DNA of 64,000 nucleotides from the IMG/VR virus record IMGVR_UViG_3300033429_000001, positions 8,742-72,741 of that record, one strand, 5' to 3'. The DNA is from a virus. The notes below the pieces were generated by a model, which was not told the origin of the DNA, ran no database searches, and worked only from the letters and a program-made list of their open reading frames with translations. How positions within the stretch are numbered: the first letter of the stretch is position 1; each line of letters starts with the position of its first letter. Shown here one piece after another: positions 46,278 through 55,808 of this stretch. The translations under genes were made by a program, and so were the position numbers.

Positions 46278-49111
46278 TGCCAACAACTTCCAGAACCATA
46301 GAGGTCAGAATAACCGGTGAAGATGCCGGGGCGTCCAAGACTCTTGATAAAGTCGGGGGCGCGGTCACTTCTTTGGGAAACGTGGCTCTGGGGGTGGCTG
46401 CCGGAGGATTGGCCGCATTGGGGGCTGGACTGCTTGGGATAGGGGCAATTGCCTTTGATGCTGCCCTTGACTTTGATAATGCCTCAAAAAAGATTCAGGC
46501 TTCAATGGGGCTATTGCCAGAGGAGGCCGAAAAATTCGACAAGATTATCACACAGGTTTATCGTGATAACTTTGGTGACTCTATGGCCGATGTCGGGCAG
46601 GCGGTTACGGATGTCGGACTGAAGCTCAAAACGCTTGGCATTGAATCTGAGGGGGCAATCACAAGTGCCACCGAGGATGCCTTATCTTTGCGCGACGCCT
46701 TCGACGTAGATGTAAATGAAAGCATCGAGGCGGCGGCTGAATTAGTAAGAACTGGACTGGCCCCTAATTTTGATTCTGCCTTTGACCTCATTACCACTGG
46801 CTTCCAGCGAGGCTTGAATTCAAGCGGAGATTTCTTAGATTCTATCTCAGAATACTCAACCCAATTCGCTGAACTTGATGCAACCGGCGGCGAGTTTTTC
46901 TCAGCACTTGAAACCGGGCTGGCAGGCGGGGTACTTGGAACTGATAAAATTGGTGATGCCTTTAAGGAATTCAGATTGAGAATTTTAGACGGTTCTGACG
47001 CAACATCGGAGGCAGTCACGGCCCTGGAGGGTATTCTTGGGGTTCCAGCAGAGGACTTCCTGGATGGCATCGCAAGCGGCCAAATACGCGGAGTGGATGC
47101 TGCACAGCAATTAGTTGACGCTTTATCCAAGGTAGAGGACAAAGAGGAAGGGCTGGCAATTGGGGCGGCTCTATTCGGCACTCAATTCGAGGATTTGGGA
47201 GACACAACCCTGGCGGCAGTCAATATAATGGAAACCGGTATGGACGACTTGGCCGGGGCCACTGACAGTTTAGGTGTACAGTATGACACCCTGGGGTCGG
47301 CAATGGAGGGCCTGAAGCGGATAGGGATATTGGCCTTAAAGCCTATTGGGGATATTTTGCTTGATTTGGCAAAAAAGGCACTACCTGCTTTGGAAAGCGG
47401 AATGGAGGCTCTTGAACCAATCATAGCAAACGCGGTCAGCGCCTTTGAGAGTATCATACTTACAATTGAGGCCTTCATTGGTGGTGCCTCTGGCGATTTT
47501 CCATGGGAGGATATTTTTCCTCCCTGGTTGGCAGACTTGATGTATGAAGTTAGTCTTGCTTTTGAGCCAATTAGAGATGCAATAAAAGAACTGACAAAGA
47601 CAATTTTTGGAGACTTATCAAAAGGCACATCTTCGGCGAAAGATTCGTTAAAAAATATTCTGGGCGGGGCACTTAAATTTTTGGCAGATACGGTATTTCC
47701 TGCCTTGACTAAAGTCATAGGCTTCGTCAACGACCACTGGGACGAATTCAAGGGGGCCATCCTTGGCGTCGGTGCGGCACTGACCGGAGCCGGAATCGTG
47801 GCTATCATTGCTACTATCGGCAGCGTAATCGCCTCTCTTGCTTCTCCAATCTTGGCGATTATTGCTCTGGCGGCCCTCTTGGGGGCGGCATGGGCTGGTG
47901 ACTGGGGCGGAATTCGCACCATAATCACCGAAGCCTGGGAGGGCACTATCAAGCCGGTTCTGATGGAGCTATGGGAATGGTTATCAATCAATGTCCCCGC
48001 AGCCATCGCAACATTAACGGCATTTTTCAATGATACTTTACTTCCTATTTTCAATTCAGTATTTGGCTCAATTCAGGAGACCGGAACCGGTGCCCTGAGT
48101 GCCCTGACCGAGTTCTGGGCAGAGCATGGCGAAAGTGTGATGCTGATTGTAGCAACTTTCCTGAATTTCATATGGGGCAACATCCAGAGCGTTTTAACCA
48201 GCATCCAGAATTTCTGGGACAAATGGGGTGATGAAATCATCGCTATTGTCCTAATTATGTGGAGGGTCATGCAAGCTCAATTCAAGACGGCCCTAAAAAT
48301 CATCGGCGGAATAATTGAAGCTTTCGCCGCACTGATAAAAGGAGACTGGAGCGCGTTCGGCGAGGCCCTAAAAAGCATCTGGACAGCATTATGGGAATTT
48401 CACCAGACAATCATGCAGGCAGCTTTCGACATAATTTTGGTGCTTATTGATGAGGTGATTGTATCTATAAATGAATCGTGGGCCGCATTCATACAAAATA
48501 TACAGGATTTATGGGAGGCCGGCTGGCATGCTGTGGCTCAAGCTGTCACAGATGCCAAGCAAGCTATCATTGACGCGGTGAATAAAATTATCGATGCGAT
48601 CAAGGCCCTATTCACCACCGATAAATTCAAGGAAATGGGCGAAAAGATCATAGACGGCATAAAGGACGGGATCGAGGATGCAAAATCCGAGGTAACGTCG
48701 AAAATAAACAGTATTATTTCGGACATCAAGGCCCTATTCTCGGCAAGTGCTTTCAAAGCGTTGGGAACTAATATTGCCGATGGATTACAGCAGGGCCTCG
48801 CGGACAGCAAGCAAGCCCTGATAGATTTCATCAAAGGAATCGCGGGGGATATGATTCAGGCCGTAAAAGACATGTTCGGAATCGAGTCTCCATCGAAGGT
48901 GTTTGTCGGTATCGGAGAAAATATCAACCAGGGGTTGGCAATGGGCATTGCGTCCAGTGCCGACTTGCCGGCCCAGGCCATCCAGAACAGCGCATCAAGC
49001 GTAGTAAATAATACCACAAACATTTTTAATCAAACCATTAACGGCGGCGTACCGTCTGCCGGTAGAGAATTTGAGATGATGAGATCGGAGGCGGCAGCCT
49101 TTGGGAGCTAA
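46277..49111 (+). CDS. Tape measure protein
   Basis: 944 aa, helical, with EYSTQF/DKIGDAFKEF core, Trp-periodic repeats and IESPSKVF. Confidence 0.95.
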   Translation: MPTTSRTIEVRITGEDAGASKTLDKVGGAVTSLGNVALGVAAGGLAALGAGLLGIGAIAFDAALDFDNASKKIQASMGLLPEEAEKFDKIITQVYRDNFGDSMADVGQAVTDVGLKLKTLGIESEGAITSATEDALSLRDAFDVDVNESIEAAAELVRTGLAPNFDSAFDLITTGFQRGLNSSGDFLDSISEYSTQFAELDATGGEFFSALETGLAGGVLGTDKIGDAFKEFRLRILDGSDATSEAVTALEGILGVPAEDFLDGIASGQIRGVDAAQQLVDALSKVEDKEEGLAIGAALFGTQFEDLGDTTLAAVNIMETGMDDLAGATDSLGVQYDTLGSAMEGLKRIGILALKPIGDILLDLAKKALPALESGMEALEPIIANAVSAFESIILTIEAFIGGASGDFPWEDIFPPWLADLMYEVSLAFEPIRDAIKELTKTIFGDLSKGTSSAKDSLKNILGGALKFLADTVFPALTKVIGFVNDHWDEFKGAILGVGAALTGAGIVAIIATIGSVIASLASPILAIIALAALLGAAWAGDWGGIRTIITEAWEGTIKPVLMELWEWLSINVPAAIATLTAFFNDTLLPIFNSVFGSIQETGTGALSALTEFWAEHGESVMLIVATFLNFIWGNIQSVLTSIQNFWDKWGDEIIAIVLIMWRVMQAQFKTALKIIGGIIEAFAALIKGDWSAFGEALKSIWTALWEFHQTIMQAAFDIILVLIDEVIVSINESWAAFIQNIQDLWEAGWHAVAQAVTDAKQAIIDAVNKIIDAIKALFTTDKFKEMGEKIIDGIKDGIEDAKSEVTSKINSIISDIKALFSASAFKALGTNIADGLQQGLADSKQALIDFIKGIAGDMIQAVKDMFGIESPSKVFVGIGENINQGLAMGIASSADLPAQAIQNSASSVVNNTTNIFNQTINGGVPSAGREFEMMRSEAAAFGS

Positions 49112-49275
49112 GAATGAAACGACTATTTTGGATACTATGTATCCTGACAATAATTTTTTATCTGGGAGTGATACCGGCAGAGGCCCAGGAGCCAACGGGC
49201 CAACGATGCGGAAAACCATCACAGACGTTACCGGGCAAAATCCATCTACCAGTAATCGTAAAAGAGGTAAATACT

Positions 49276-52200
49276 ATGGCAGTTAACACAGATTTATGGT
49301 GGGTGGTTATTCCAGAATCAACGACAAATTTGGTATTAAACCCATCAGCAGAAAAAGATTTAACTGGCTACGCCATCATTGACACTCTGGGAGGCGGGAG
49401 TATCGCCCGCTCAACAGTTCACCAACGCAGGGGGGTATATTCAATTAAGGTATCTCCATCGGCAGGTGTAACTGACGGGATAAAATATTCAATCAGTCTA
49501 TCCACTGTCACGTGGTACACGTTCAGCGTAGATGTGCGGGGAGAGGACGGCGAGGGTTATGTTGTTGATATTTATGACAGCGCGACATCCACCGTTTTGG
49601 AATCAATTTCGTTTATAGCTGACGGGGCTTGGGCCAGATATGCAGTCAGGGCCAAGACCGGGACAAATACGACGATTGATGTCAGGGTCTACAAAAATAA
49701 CGATGCCAACACATTTGGCTATTATGTTGATGGCTTCCAGGTAGAGCAGAAATTGTATGCTACCGACTACTGTGACGGTGATCAGGACGGATGTCGGTGG
49801 GCAGCCGGGGCACATCAATCGACCAGTAGCAGACAGGAGCAATTTAGTGGAGCCGGCAGGCCGGTCAGTTTGTTTGATTATGATTTCAATGTGGGGGGGC
49901 CAACTATTGGGGCAGGAATGACATCTGTGCAAATTACGGCGGATCGTCCAGCCCTGGGAGAGGGAACGGTATTCAGACGGCAATCGCTTTTAGAGAGGAT
50001 AACGAGCATCCCAGGTTTTCTTAAAGAGGATGATTTACAAGCCCTCCATGCTACCCGGAGTCAGTTGCTACAGATTTTTAATCCGAATAGATTCGCAACT
50101 CTGCAACCGATTCACTTGCGCTACATCGGCAGCGGCAAGACGCTTGACTGCGCGTTTTATTATCAAGATGGTCTGGGTGGAAAAATAGACGGTTGCGAAA
50201 GTGAGTTTATTGAAAGTTTGAGACTTTACGCAGCTGACCCGTTTTGGCTTGAGAGTGATCGCATTTTTAACGCGGTAGATATTTCCGAGGGTATCGGTAC
50301 CGGGGACAGTGCCAGCACGGGAGCCGCGAGCAATAATGGTGGTGGAGGAAATGATGTGGCATTCGCGGCGACAACTCAGGAAGACATTGTTAACGTGAAT
50401 TACATTATCCAGAAGGATAGCCTGGGGGATTATAGTAGAATGGGAACGGGGTTGGCGTTGGCGGCTCCAGGAATTCTTAGTAGTGCTGTAAATTCAATAG
50501 CCATTGCCCCAGATGGCACATTATATGTAGGTGGGGTATTTACAACAGTAGGGGGAGCTACGGTCAATCGTATCGCCAGATGGGACGGCGCAAACTGGAC
50601 GGCTCTGAATAACGGAATGAATGGTATCGTCTATTCAGTAGCCGTAGCCCCGGATGGTACATTATACGCGGGTGGATTGTTTACATTAGCTGACGGCGTT
50701 GCTAACACAGCATATATAGCCAAATGGGACGGCGCAAACTGGACGGCCCTCGGTACTGGAATGAACAATTGGGTAAAGACCGTAGCCGTAGCCCCGGATG
50801 GTACAGTTTACGCGGGGGGCGCGTTTACACTGGCAGGCGGTGTTGCTAACACGGCATATATAGCCAAATGGGACGGCGCAGTCTGGACACCTCTTACCAC
50901 CGGGATGAATGCCGCCGTAAATTCAATAGATATTGCCTCGGATGGGACAACATTGTATGTAGGTGGCACTTTCACAACATCTGGCGGAGTAACCACCAAT
51001 CGTATCGCCAAGTGGGACGGTGTAGCTTGGACGGCTCTTGGTACTGGAATGAATAATATTGTTTGGGGTGTAGCCGTTGCCTCAGATGGTACAGTATATG
51101 CGGGCGGAACTTTCACAACATCTGGCGGAGTAACCACCAATCGTATCGCCAAGTGGGACGGTGTAGCTTGGACGGCTCTTGGTACTGGAATGAATGTTTA
51201 CGTGAATGCAATTGCCGTAGCCCCAGATGGTACATTTTACGCGGGGGGAAATTTCACAACATCCGGTGGGGTAACTACAAACTATATAGCCAAGTGGGAG
51301 GGCGCAGCCTGGACGGCTCTTGGTACTGGAATGAATAATGAAGTCAGGGCAATAGTCATTTCCCCAGATGAAACATTATTTGTAGGTGGGCTTTTTACAG
51401 TATCCGGTGGGGTAACTACAAACTATATAGCCAAGTGGAGTGGTGTATCATGGCGCACAATAGCCGAAGCCGCAAAACAAATTTTACAAGCAATGGACGG
51501 TAAAATTTATGTGGGGGGCGGATACACTAACGCGGGCGGGGTAGCAAATGCAGATTATATAGCGTACTGGGATACAATCGGGGGGGACTGGAACGCTCTA
51601 TCTACCGGCACAAATGGTATTGTACAAGCCATTGCCGAAGCCCCAAACGGAGACATCTATATCGGCGGTTCGTTCCCTCTGGCCGGCGGCGTAGGTAATA
51701 CCGTAAACATTGCCTACTGGGATATAAGCGCGTCCGTTTGGCTTCCATTGTCCACTGGGGTTAATGGTACTGTTTCATCTCTGGCGATTGCGCCCAACGG
51801 AGACTTATACATAGGAGGGCTATTCCTTGATGCTGGCGGCGTAGCCGATACTAAAAATCTGGCAATGTGGGACGGGGCTGCATTCAACGCACTATCAGCA
51901 GAACCAAATAGCGCAGTTAATGACCTAAGATTCAATTCTGCCGGACAACTCTACATCGGCGGCGCATTCACCGACATAGGCGGTACGACCTATGATTACG
52001 TGGCCCTCTACACTCCTTCAACCGATACCTTCTCAGCCCTTGAGAATGGCTCAAACGGTTTTGTCAATTCCATCGACATTGGCCCAGACGGGTCGGTTTA
52101 TCTCGGCGGAACTTTCACGCAGGCCGGCTCAGTGGCAGCCAACTATGTGGTTTGCTGGAATGGCACGGCATTTTCACCGCTTGGGGATGGCCTCAATAAT

Positions 52201-52437
52201 GTGGCCTATGTTGTCAGGACTGACCCGACCGGATTGGTACATGTCGGGGGAGCGTTTACAGAGGCCGGCGGCATCTCTCTGCCCGACAAAATAGCCGTTT
52301 GGAATGGCAGCAACTGGGTACCGCTTGATGTTGATCTGCCCGGCACCGCCGCCGTGGAAGCTATCCTATTCGCCCAGACAATCACCGTCTTTGGATTTGA
52401 TACCAGCGGCACAGCCGTCGCAGCAAAGGTAAACTAG
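49276..52437 (+). CDS. Distal-tail (Dit)-like protein with CBM-like domain and large beta-propeller insertion
   Basis: GAGGT RBS at 49264; TNLVLNPS.E CBM-like start; LYAADPFW; many LYxGGxFT...IAKWDG..W..LG.GMN blades. The ORF also extends upstream in frame to 49114. Confidence 0.8.
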   Translation: MAVNTDLWWVVIPESTTNLVLNPSAEKDLTGYAIIDTLGGGSIARSTVHQRRGVYSIKVSPSAGVTDGIKYSISLSTVTWYTFSVDVRGEDGEGYVVDIYDSATSTVLESISFIADGAWARYAVRAKTGTNTTIDVRVYKNNDANTFGYYVDGFQVEQKLYATDYCDGDQDGCRWAAGAHQSTSSRQEQFSGAGRPVSLFDYDFNVGGPTIGAGMTSVQITADRPALGEGTVFRRQSLLERITSIPGFLKEDDLQALHATRSQLLQIFNPNRFATLQPIHLRYIGSGKTLDCAFYYQDGLGGKIDGCESEFIESLRLYAADPFWLESDRIFNAVDISEGIGTGDSASTGAASNNGGGGNDVAFAATTQEDIVNVNYIIQKDSLGDYSRMGTGLALAAPGILSSAVNSIAIAPDGTLYVGGVFTTVGGATVNRIARWDGANWTALNNGMNGIVYSVAVAPDGTLYAGGLFTLADGVANTAYIAKWDGANWTALGTGMNNWVKTVAVAPDGTVYAGGAFTLAGGVANTAYIAKWDGAVWTPLTTGMNAAVNSIDIASDGTTLYVGGTFTTSGGVTTNRIAKWDGVAWTALGTGMNNIVWGVAVASDGTVYAGGTFTTSGGVTTNRIAKWDGVAWTALGTGMNVYVNAIAVAPDGTFYAGGNFTTSGGVTTNYIAKWEGAAWTALGTGMNNEVRAIVISPDETLFVGGLFTVSGGVTTNYIAKWSGVSWRTIAEAAKQILQAMDGKIYVGGGYTNAGGVANADYIAYWDTIGGDWNALSTGTNGIVQAIAEAPNGDIYIGGSFPLAGGVGNTVNIAYWDISASVWLPLSTGVNGTVSSLAIAPNGDLYIGGLFLDAGGVADTKNLAMWDGAAFNALSAEPNSAVNDLRFNSAGQLYIGGAFTDIGGTTYDYVALYTPSTDTFSALENGSNGFVNSIDIGPDGSVYLGGTFTQAGSVAANYVVCWNGTAFSPLGDGLNNVAYVVRTDPTGLVHVGGAFTEAGGISLPDKIAVWNGSNWVPLDVDLPGTAAVEAILFAQTITVFGFDTSGTAVAAKVN
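50490..51445 (+). repeat. Tandem ~141-150 bp propeller-blade repeats
   Basis: 87 bp identical between 50968-51054 and 51109-51195; neighbouring blades are near-identical. Confidence 0.85.
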
Positions 52438-52791
52438 ATGACCGTCACAAACAATGGCACCGCTGAAGCTTATCCGATAGTTGTGTTTACCTGTACCGGT
52501 AGCGACGGCGTTTTGTATCATCTAAAAAACACCTCGACCGATGATGAGATATATTTCAACTACACCATGCAAAACGGGGAGACGGCTACACTAGATTTGA
52601 GGAGAGGTAAGAAGACTTTTACCTCGACATTCTTGGGTAATCTATTGAGCCAGGGGGCAATCATCGAGGGTAGCGACGTAACAACGCTGCGGTTGCTATC
52701 TGGCTCATTAAATAATATTAGCATTTTTACCGGGGCAGATGTGTCTGCCTCGTTGAAGTGGGATACGACATATTTGAGCTTTGACGGGTAG
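52438..52791 (+). CDS. Dit C-terminal domain as a separate in-frame ORF
   Basis: TVTNNGTAEAYP...LKN...GETATLDL pattern; starts immediately after TAG in the same frame. Confidence 0.7.
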   Translation: MTVTNNGTAEAYPIVVFTCTGSDGVLYHLKNTSTDDEIYFNYTMQNGETATLDLRRGKKTFTSTFLGNLLSQGAIIEGSDVTTLRLLSGSLNNISIFTGADVSASLKWDTTYLSFDG

Positions 52792-52845
52792 GGATTTGTA
52801 GCCTTATCCTTAGTTGCTCAACACAAATGGAGTTTACGTAAAACG

Positions 52846-54072
52846 ATGAAAAAAGTTGCAATCTTCACAGATTTTATCAATTTCGATGAGGCATACTCCC
52901 TATGTCGAGTGGTAAAGAATCAAGTAAAGATGCTCGTCGAGAATGGATACAAGCCAATGTTGCTTGTCAGGAAAGGCTTTAATCATAGTCAATTTTTCCC
53001 AGGTGCTGACATAAAAATCCTGGACCACGGAGAGACCGGCAGCAACACTGTCAAAATTACTGGCCAATCTGAGGGTGACATACAGGGGTTGGTTGAGCAA
53101 ATAGAGAAGTGTCTATCTGATGTAGACGTGATCTTGACGCATGACTTAATCTACCAGGCTAACATGTGGAAGGCCCAAGTAGCAGCGCGTAGATTCGCAA
53201 GTAAAAATCCTGACAAAAAGTGGTTGCATTGGGTACATTCTGCTACTGGTCATAACGTGGCCAGGCAGGTTGGGAAATTCAGAAACGAATTAAAGGGTAA
53301 GTTTCCTAACTCATTGCTTGTGGCAATGCACCCCGAGGAGATCAATCGCAAGGGAGGAATGTACGGCTATGAACAGGATGAGATTGTCATCATTCCCAAC
53401 TCGCTTGATTTGACAGAATATTACCACCCTATGGCGGCAAAGATAATCGAAAAGGCCGACCTGGTCAACCAGGATATTATTGCCGTCTACCCGGCCCGAC
53501 TGGATCGTGGCAAGCAGCCCCACATCATCTGCGAGATATTCAAAGAATTGGCTGGAATGGGTTATCGGGCCAAGGTGATTATTGTAGACTTCCATTCTGT
53601 AAGCGGTGATAAGGAAAAATATCGCAAAGAGATCAAAAAAGAATTTGGCGATGTTGTTTTCTTTTCCTCAGACATCGAGAAATATTGCATTCCCCACCAG
53701 GCAGTGATGAATCTATTTGAGTATGCTGACATCCTGATACACCCTTCCAGAAGCGAAAGCGATCCCCTCATTTTACCTGAAGCGGCGTGGCAGCGGTGCG
53801 GGCTGGTATTGAACTTCGACTTGCCATTATTTCGACAATATGACGGTCAGGCCCTACTCTATAAATTTTCCTCGAATATTGACACCGTGACCGGGCAGTC
53901 AGGCGAGACGAACACAGAGTACGCTGATAGGGCAGACTACATGCGGCACGTGGCCGCAGGGGTGGCCTATCAGATGGAAAACAACGCCCAACTAAAAAAC
54001 CATGCCAGGATGAGACACGAGCGAAGCCTTGAGGCGGTGTGGAAAAAATTATGGGGAGCGATTGAGCGATGA
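52846..54072 (+). CDS. Glycosyltransferase family 4
   Basis: YPARLDRGK, HPSRSESDPLILPEAA. Confidence 0.85.
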   Translation: MKKVAIFTDFINFDEAYSLCRVVKNQVKMLVENGYKPMLLVRKGFNHSQFFPGADIKILDHGETGSNTVKITGQSEGDIQGLVEQIEKCLSDVDVILTHDLIYQANMWKAQVAARRFASKNPDKKWLHWVHSATGHNVARQVGKFRNELKGKFPNSLLVAMHPEEINRKGGMYGYEQDEIVIIPNSLDLTEYYHPMAAKIIEKADLVNQDIIAVYPARLDRGKQPHIICEIFKELAGMGYRAKVIIVDFHSVSGDKEKYRKEIKKEFGDVVFFSSDIEKYCIPHQAVMNLFEYADILIHPSRSESDPLILPEAAWQRCGLVLNFDLPLFRQYDGQALLYKFSSNIDTVTGQSGETNTEYADRADYMRHVAAGVAYQMENNAQLKNHARMRHERSLEAVWKKLWGAIER

Positions 54073-54620
54073 CTATTCCAGTTTACCCGTGGCAGGAACT
54101 TGGGGTGTGGGCTGAACCAGACCCCTGCACCATACATCTGCACTGGGTTTTTTACAGTCTCCTAAAATTTAGGAACGCTCGGCACCCTCAACAGACCGTA
54201 GAAATCGGTATAGGGCGCGGGTACGGAACATATCTTTTTGGAATGTTTGCCAAGGAGGAAGGCGGTCACCACGCGGCCATTGACGTAGCCTCTGCCCCTA
54301 TACAGAGAGCGGTGAAAATAAGAGACAAATTTGACTTGCCGGTCGAGGTAATCCAGGCCGATAGTAAAGAGGTGGATTGGACAGGCAAGCCCATTGACTT
54401 AATTTTTATTGACGGCAATCATACCTATGACGGCGTCATCGGCGACATTGATAATTTTGTTCATCTGGTACGGCGAAATGGATTAGTATTTTTTCACGAT
54501 TACCACAATCAGAGGTGGGAGGTAAAAAGGGCGGTAGATGAACGGTTCGACCAACAAAAACACGAAATGCTTGAATTGCCGTATACCTCGATTGGATGTG
54601 CCGTATGGCGTGTGAAGTAA
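54069..54620 (+). CDS. Class I SAM methyltransferase (Methyltransf_24-like)
   Basis: VEIGIGRG, IDLIFIDGNHTY..V..D, FFHDY. Confidence 0.9.
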   Translation: MTIPVYPWQELGVWAEPDPCTIHLHWVFYSLLKFRNARHPQQTVEIGIGRGYGTYLFGMFAKEEGGHHAAIDVASAPIQRAVKIRDKFDLPVEVIQADSKEVDWTGKPIDLIFIDGNHTYDGVIGDIDNFVHLVRRNGLVFFHDYHNQRWEVKRAVDERFDQQKHEMLELPYTSIGCAVWRVK

Positions 54621-55492
54621 GTATCATAATCCCAAGCAGAAACGAATTCAAAAATCTCATTTGGACCTTGCAGGGGTTGCAACTTGAATTACAAGACGTA
54701 GACTATGAAATAATTGTGGTCTTGAACCAATGCGAAGAAAAAGAGCAGGAGAGGCTGTTAAAGTACTGGCCGGTGAGTACGGGCCGATTGAAGGTGCTGG
54801 CATATGACGAAAAGCCCTCCTGCTGGCAGGCGCGAAACTTTGGCGCAAGTCAGGCTCGGGGTGATTATCTGCTGTTTTGCGATAGTCACGTTTTGCTTAC
54901 GCCTGGCAGTTTAAGAGGTGCCCTGAAGTACCATCGAGAGTTCAAGGGTATTTTACACTTTGGTATCAACTATTGGCTAGACCATCCTGAAAGAACACTC
55001 TTCCAGTACAAGTGGCAACCTCAAAAATTCTGGGGGGCCTGGACAAGAATAAAACCAGAGCCACCAGATTACCGAATTTTAATGAGCGGCCTGGCCGGGA
55101 CGATGATTGACCGGTCAATTTTTCAAGAGCTTGGTGGCTTTCACCCGGCTCTCGGTATTTACGGTGGAGGCGAGCCGTATCTTGACTTAAAAACTCAGAT
55201 GCATGGTTACCAGGTGCGCTGTCATCCTGACTATCAATTGTACCATCTGGCTGAGAGGCGGGGATACTGCTGGAACAATGACGATCTTTGGCGAAATTTT
55301 ATGATTGCATCCTATGCTCTGGGCGGTAACGAATATCTAAAACCGGTCTATGACCACTACCATGATGTGTGTAATGGGCATCAGAAATATATTGATAGGT
55401 TGAACGAATTACAAGATGAAGCTATTGAACTCGTCGGCCATCCAATTGAGGCAAAACTAACATTAGATGAGGTGTTGCATGATTACTTTTGA
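54605..55492 (+). CDS. Glycosyltransferase family 2 (GalNAc-T-like)
   Basis: SIIIPSRNE, ARNFGA..ARGDYLLFCDSH, LGGF...YGGGE. Confidence 0.9.
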   Translation: MACEVSIIIPSRNEFKNLIWTLQGLQLELQDVDYEIIVVLNQCEEKEQERLLKYWPVSTGRLKVLAYDEKPSCWQARNFGASQARGDYLLFCDSHVLLTPGSLRGALKYHREFKGILHFGINYWLDHPERTLFQYKWQPQKFWGAWTRIKPEPPDYRILMSGLAGTMIDRSIFQELGGFHPALGIYGGGEPYLDLKTQMHGYQVRCHPDYQLYHLAERRGYCWNNDDLWRNFMIASYALGGNEYLKPVYDHYHDVCNGHQKYIDRLNELQDEAIELVGHPIEAKLTLDEVLHDYF

Positions 55493-55808
55493 CGAATTCC
55501 TTGAAACAATCACAGGCGAGCGAGAGCCAGAGTTTGGATTTAGCCGTGTTCAGGGCAGTGCCCACACATTTGCGGCCTTGATGTGGGAGTGGTCGCAGGA
55601 CAATGTAACAAATGCACAAGCTATAGAGATTGCTAACTTTGATTCATCTGATACAGAGTTGGTAACTGTAAAGATATATTTGAATGGCTTGAGTAAAGCA
55701 GATATTTTGTCCCTGGAAGATGCAATGATCTTGGCCAGCGAAGAAATATCAGCCACAGGCATTACTTATGATAAAGCTCTATTGAGAGCAAGATTTGGAC
55801 TGTCTTAA
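55479..55808 (+). CDS. Hypothetical protein
   Basis: GAGGT RBS; tail region. Confidence 0.6.
   Translation: MITFDEFLETITGEREPEFGFSRVQGSAHTFAALMWEWSQDNVTNAQAIEIANFDSSDTELVTVKIYLNGLSKADILSLEDAMILASEEISATGITYDKALLRARFGLS

Noticed and set aside
50490-51445. Diversity-generating retroelement TR/VR pair
   Set aside because: The repeats are tandem in-frame blades, differences are not adenine-specific, and no reverse transcriptase is present in the window.
52435-52437. Genome-wide TAG recoding
   Set aside because: Other genes end normally at TAG, coding density is high under the standard code, and no suppressor tRNA was seen.
55398-55412. Self-target of guide unit 4 (GGTTGAACG followed by AATTA)
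   Set aside because: Only spacer A matches fully, and single 9-mer hits are expected by chance in 64 kb. No full 18-bp self-target was noticed, though the search by eye was not exhaustive.
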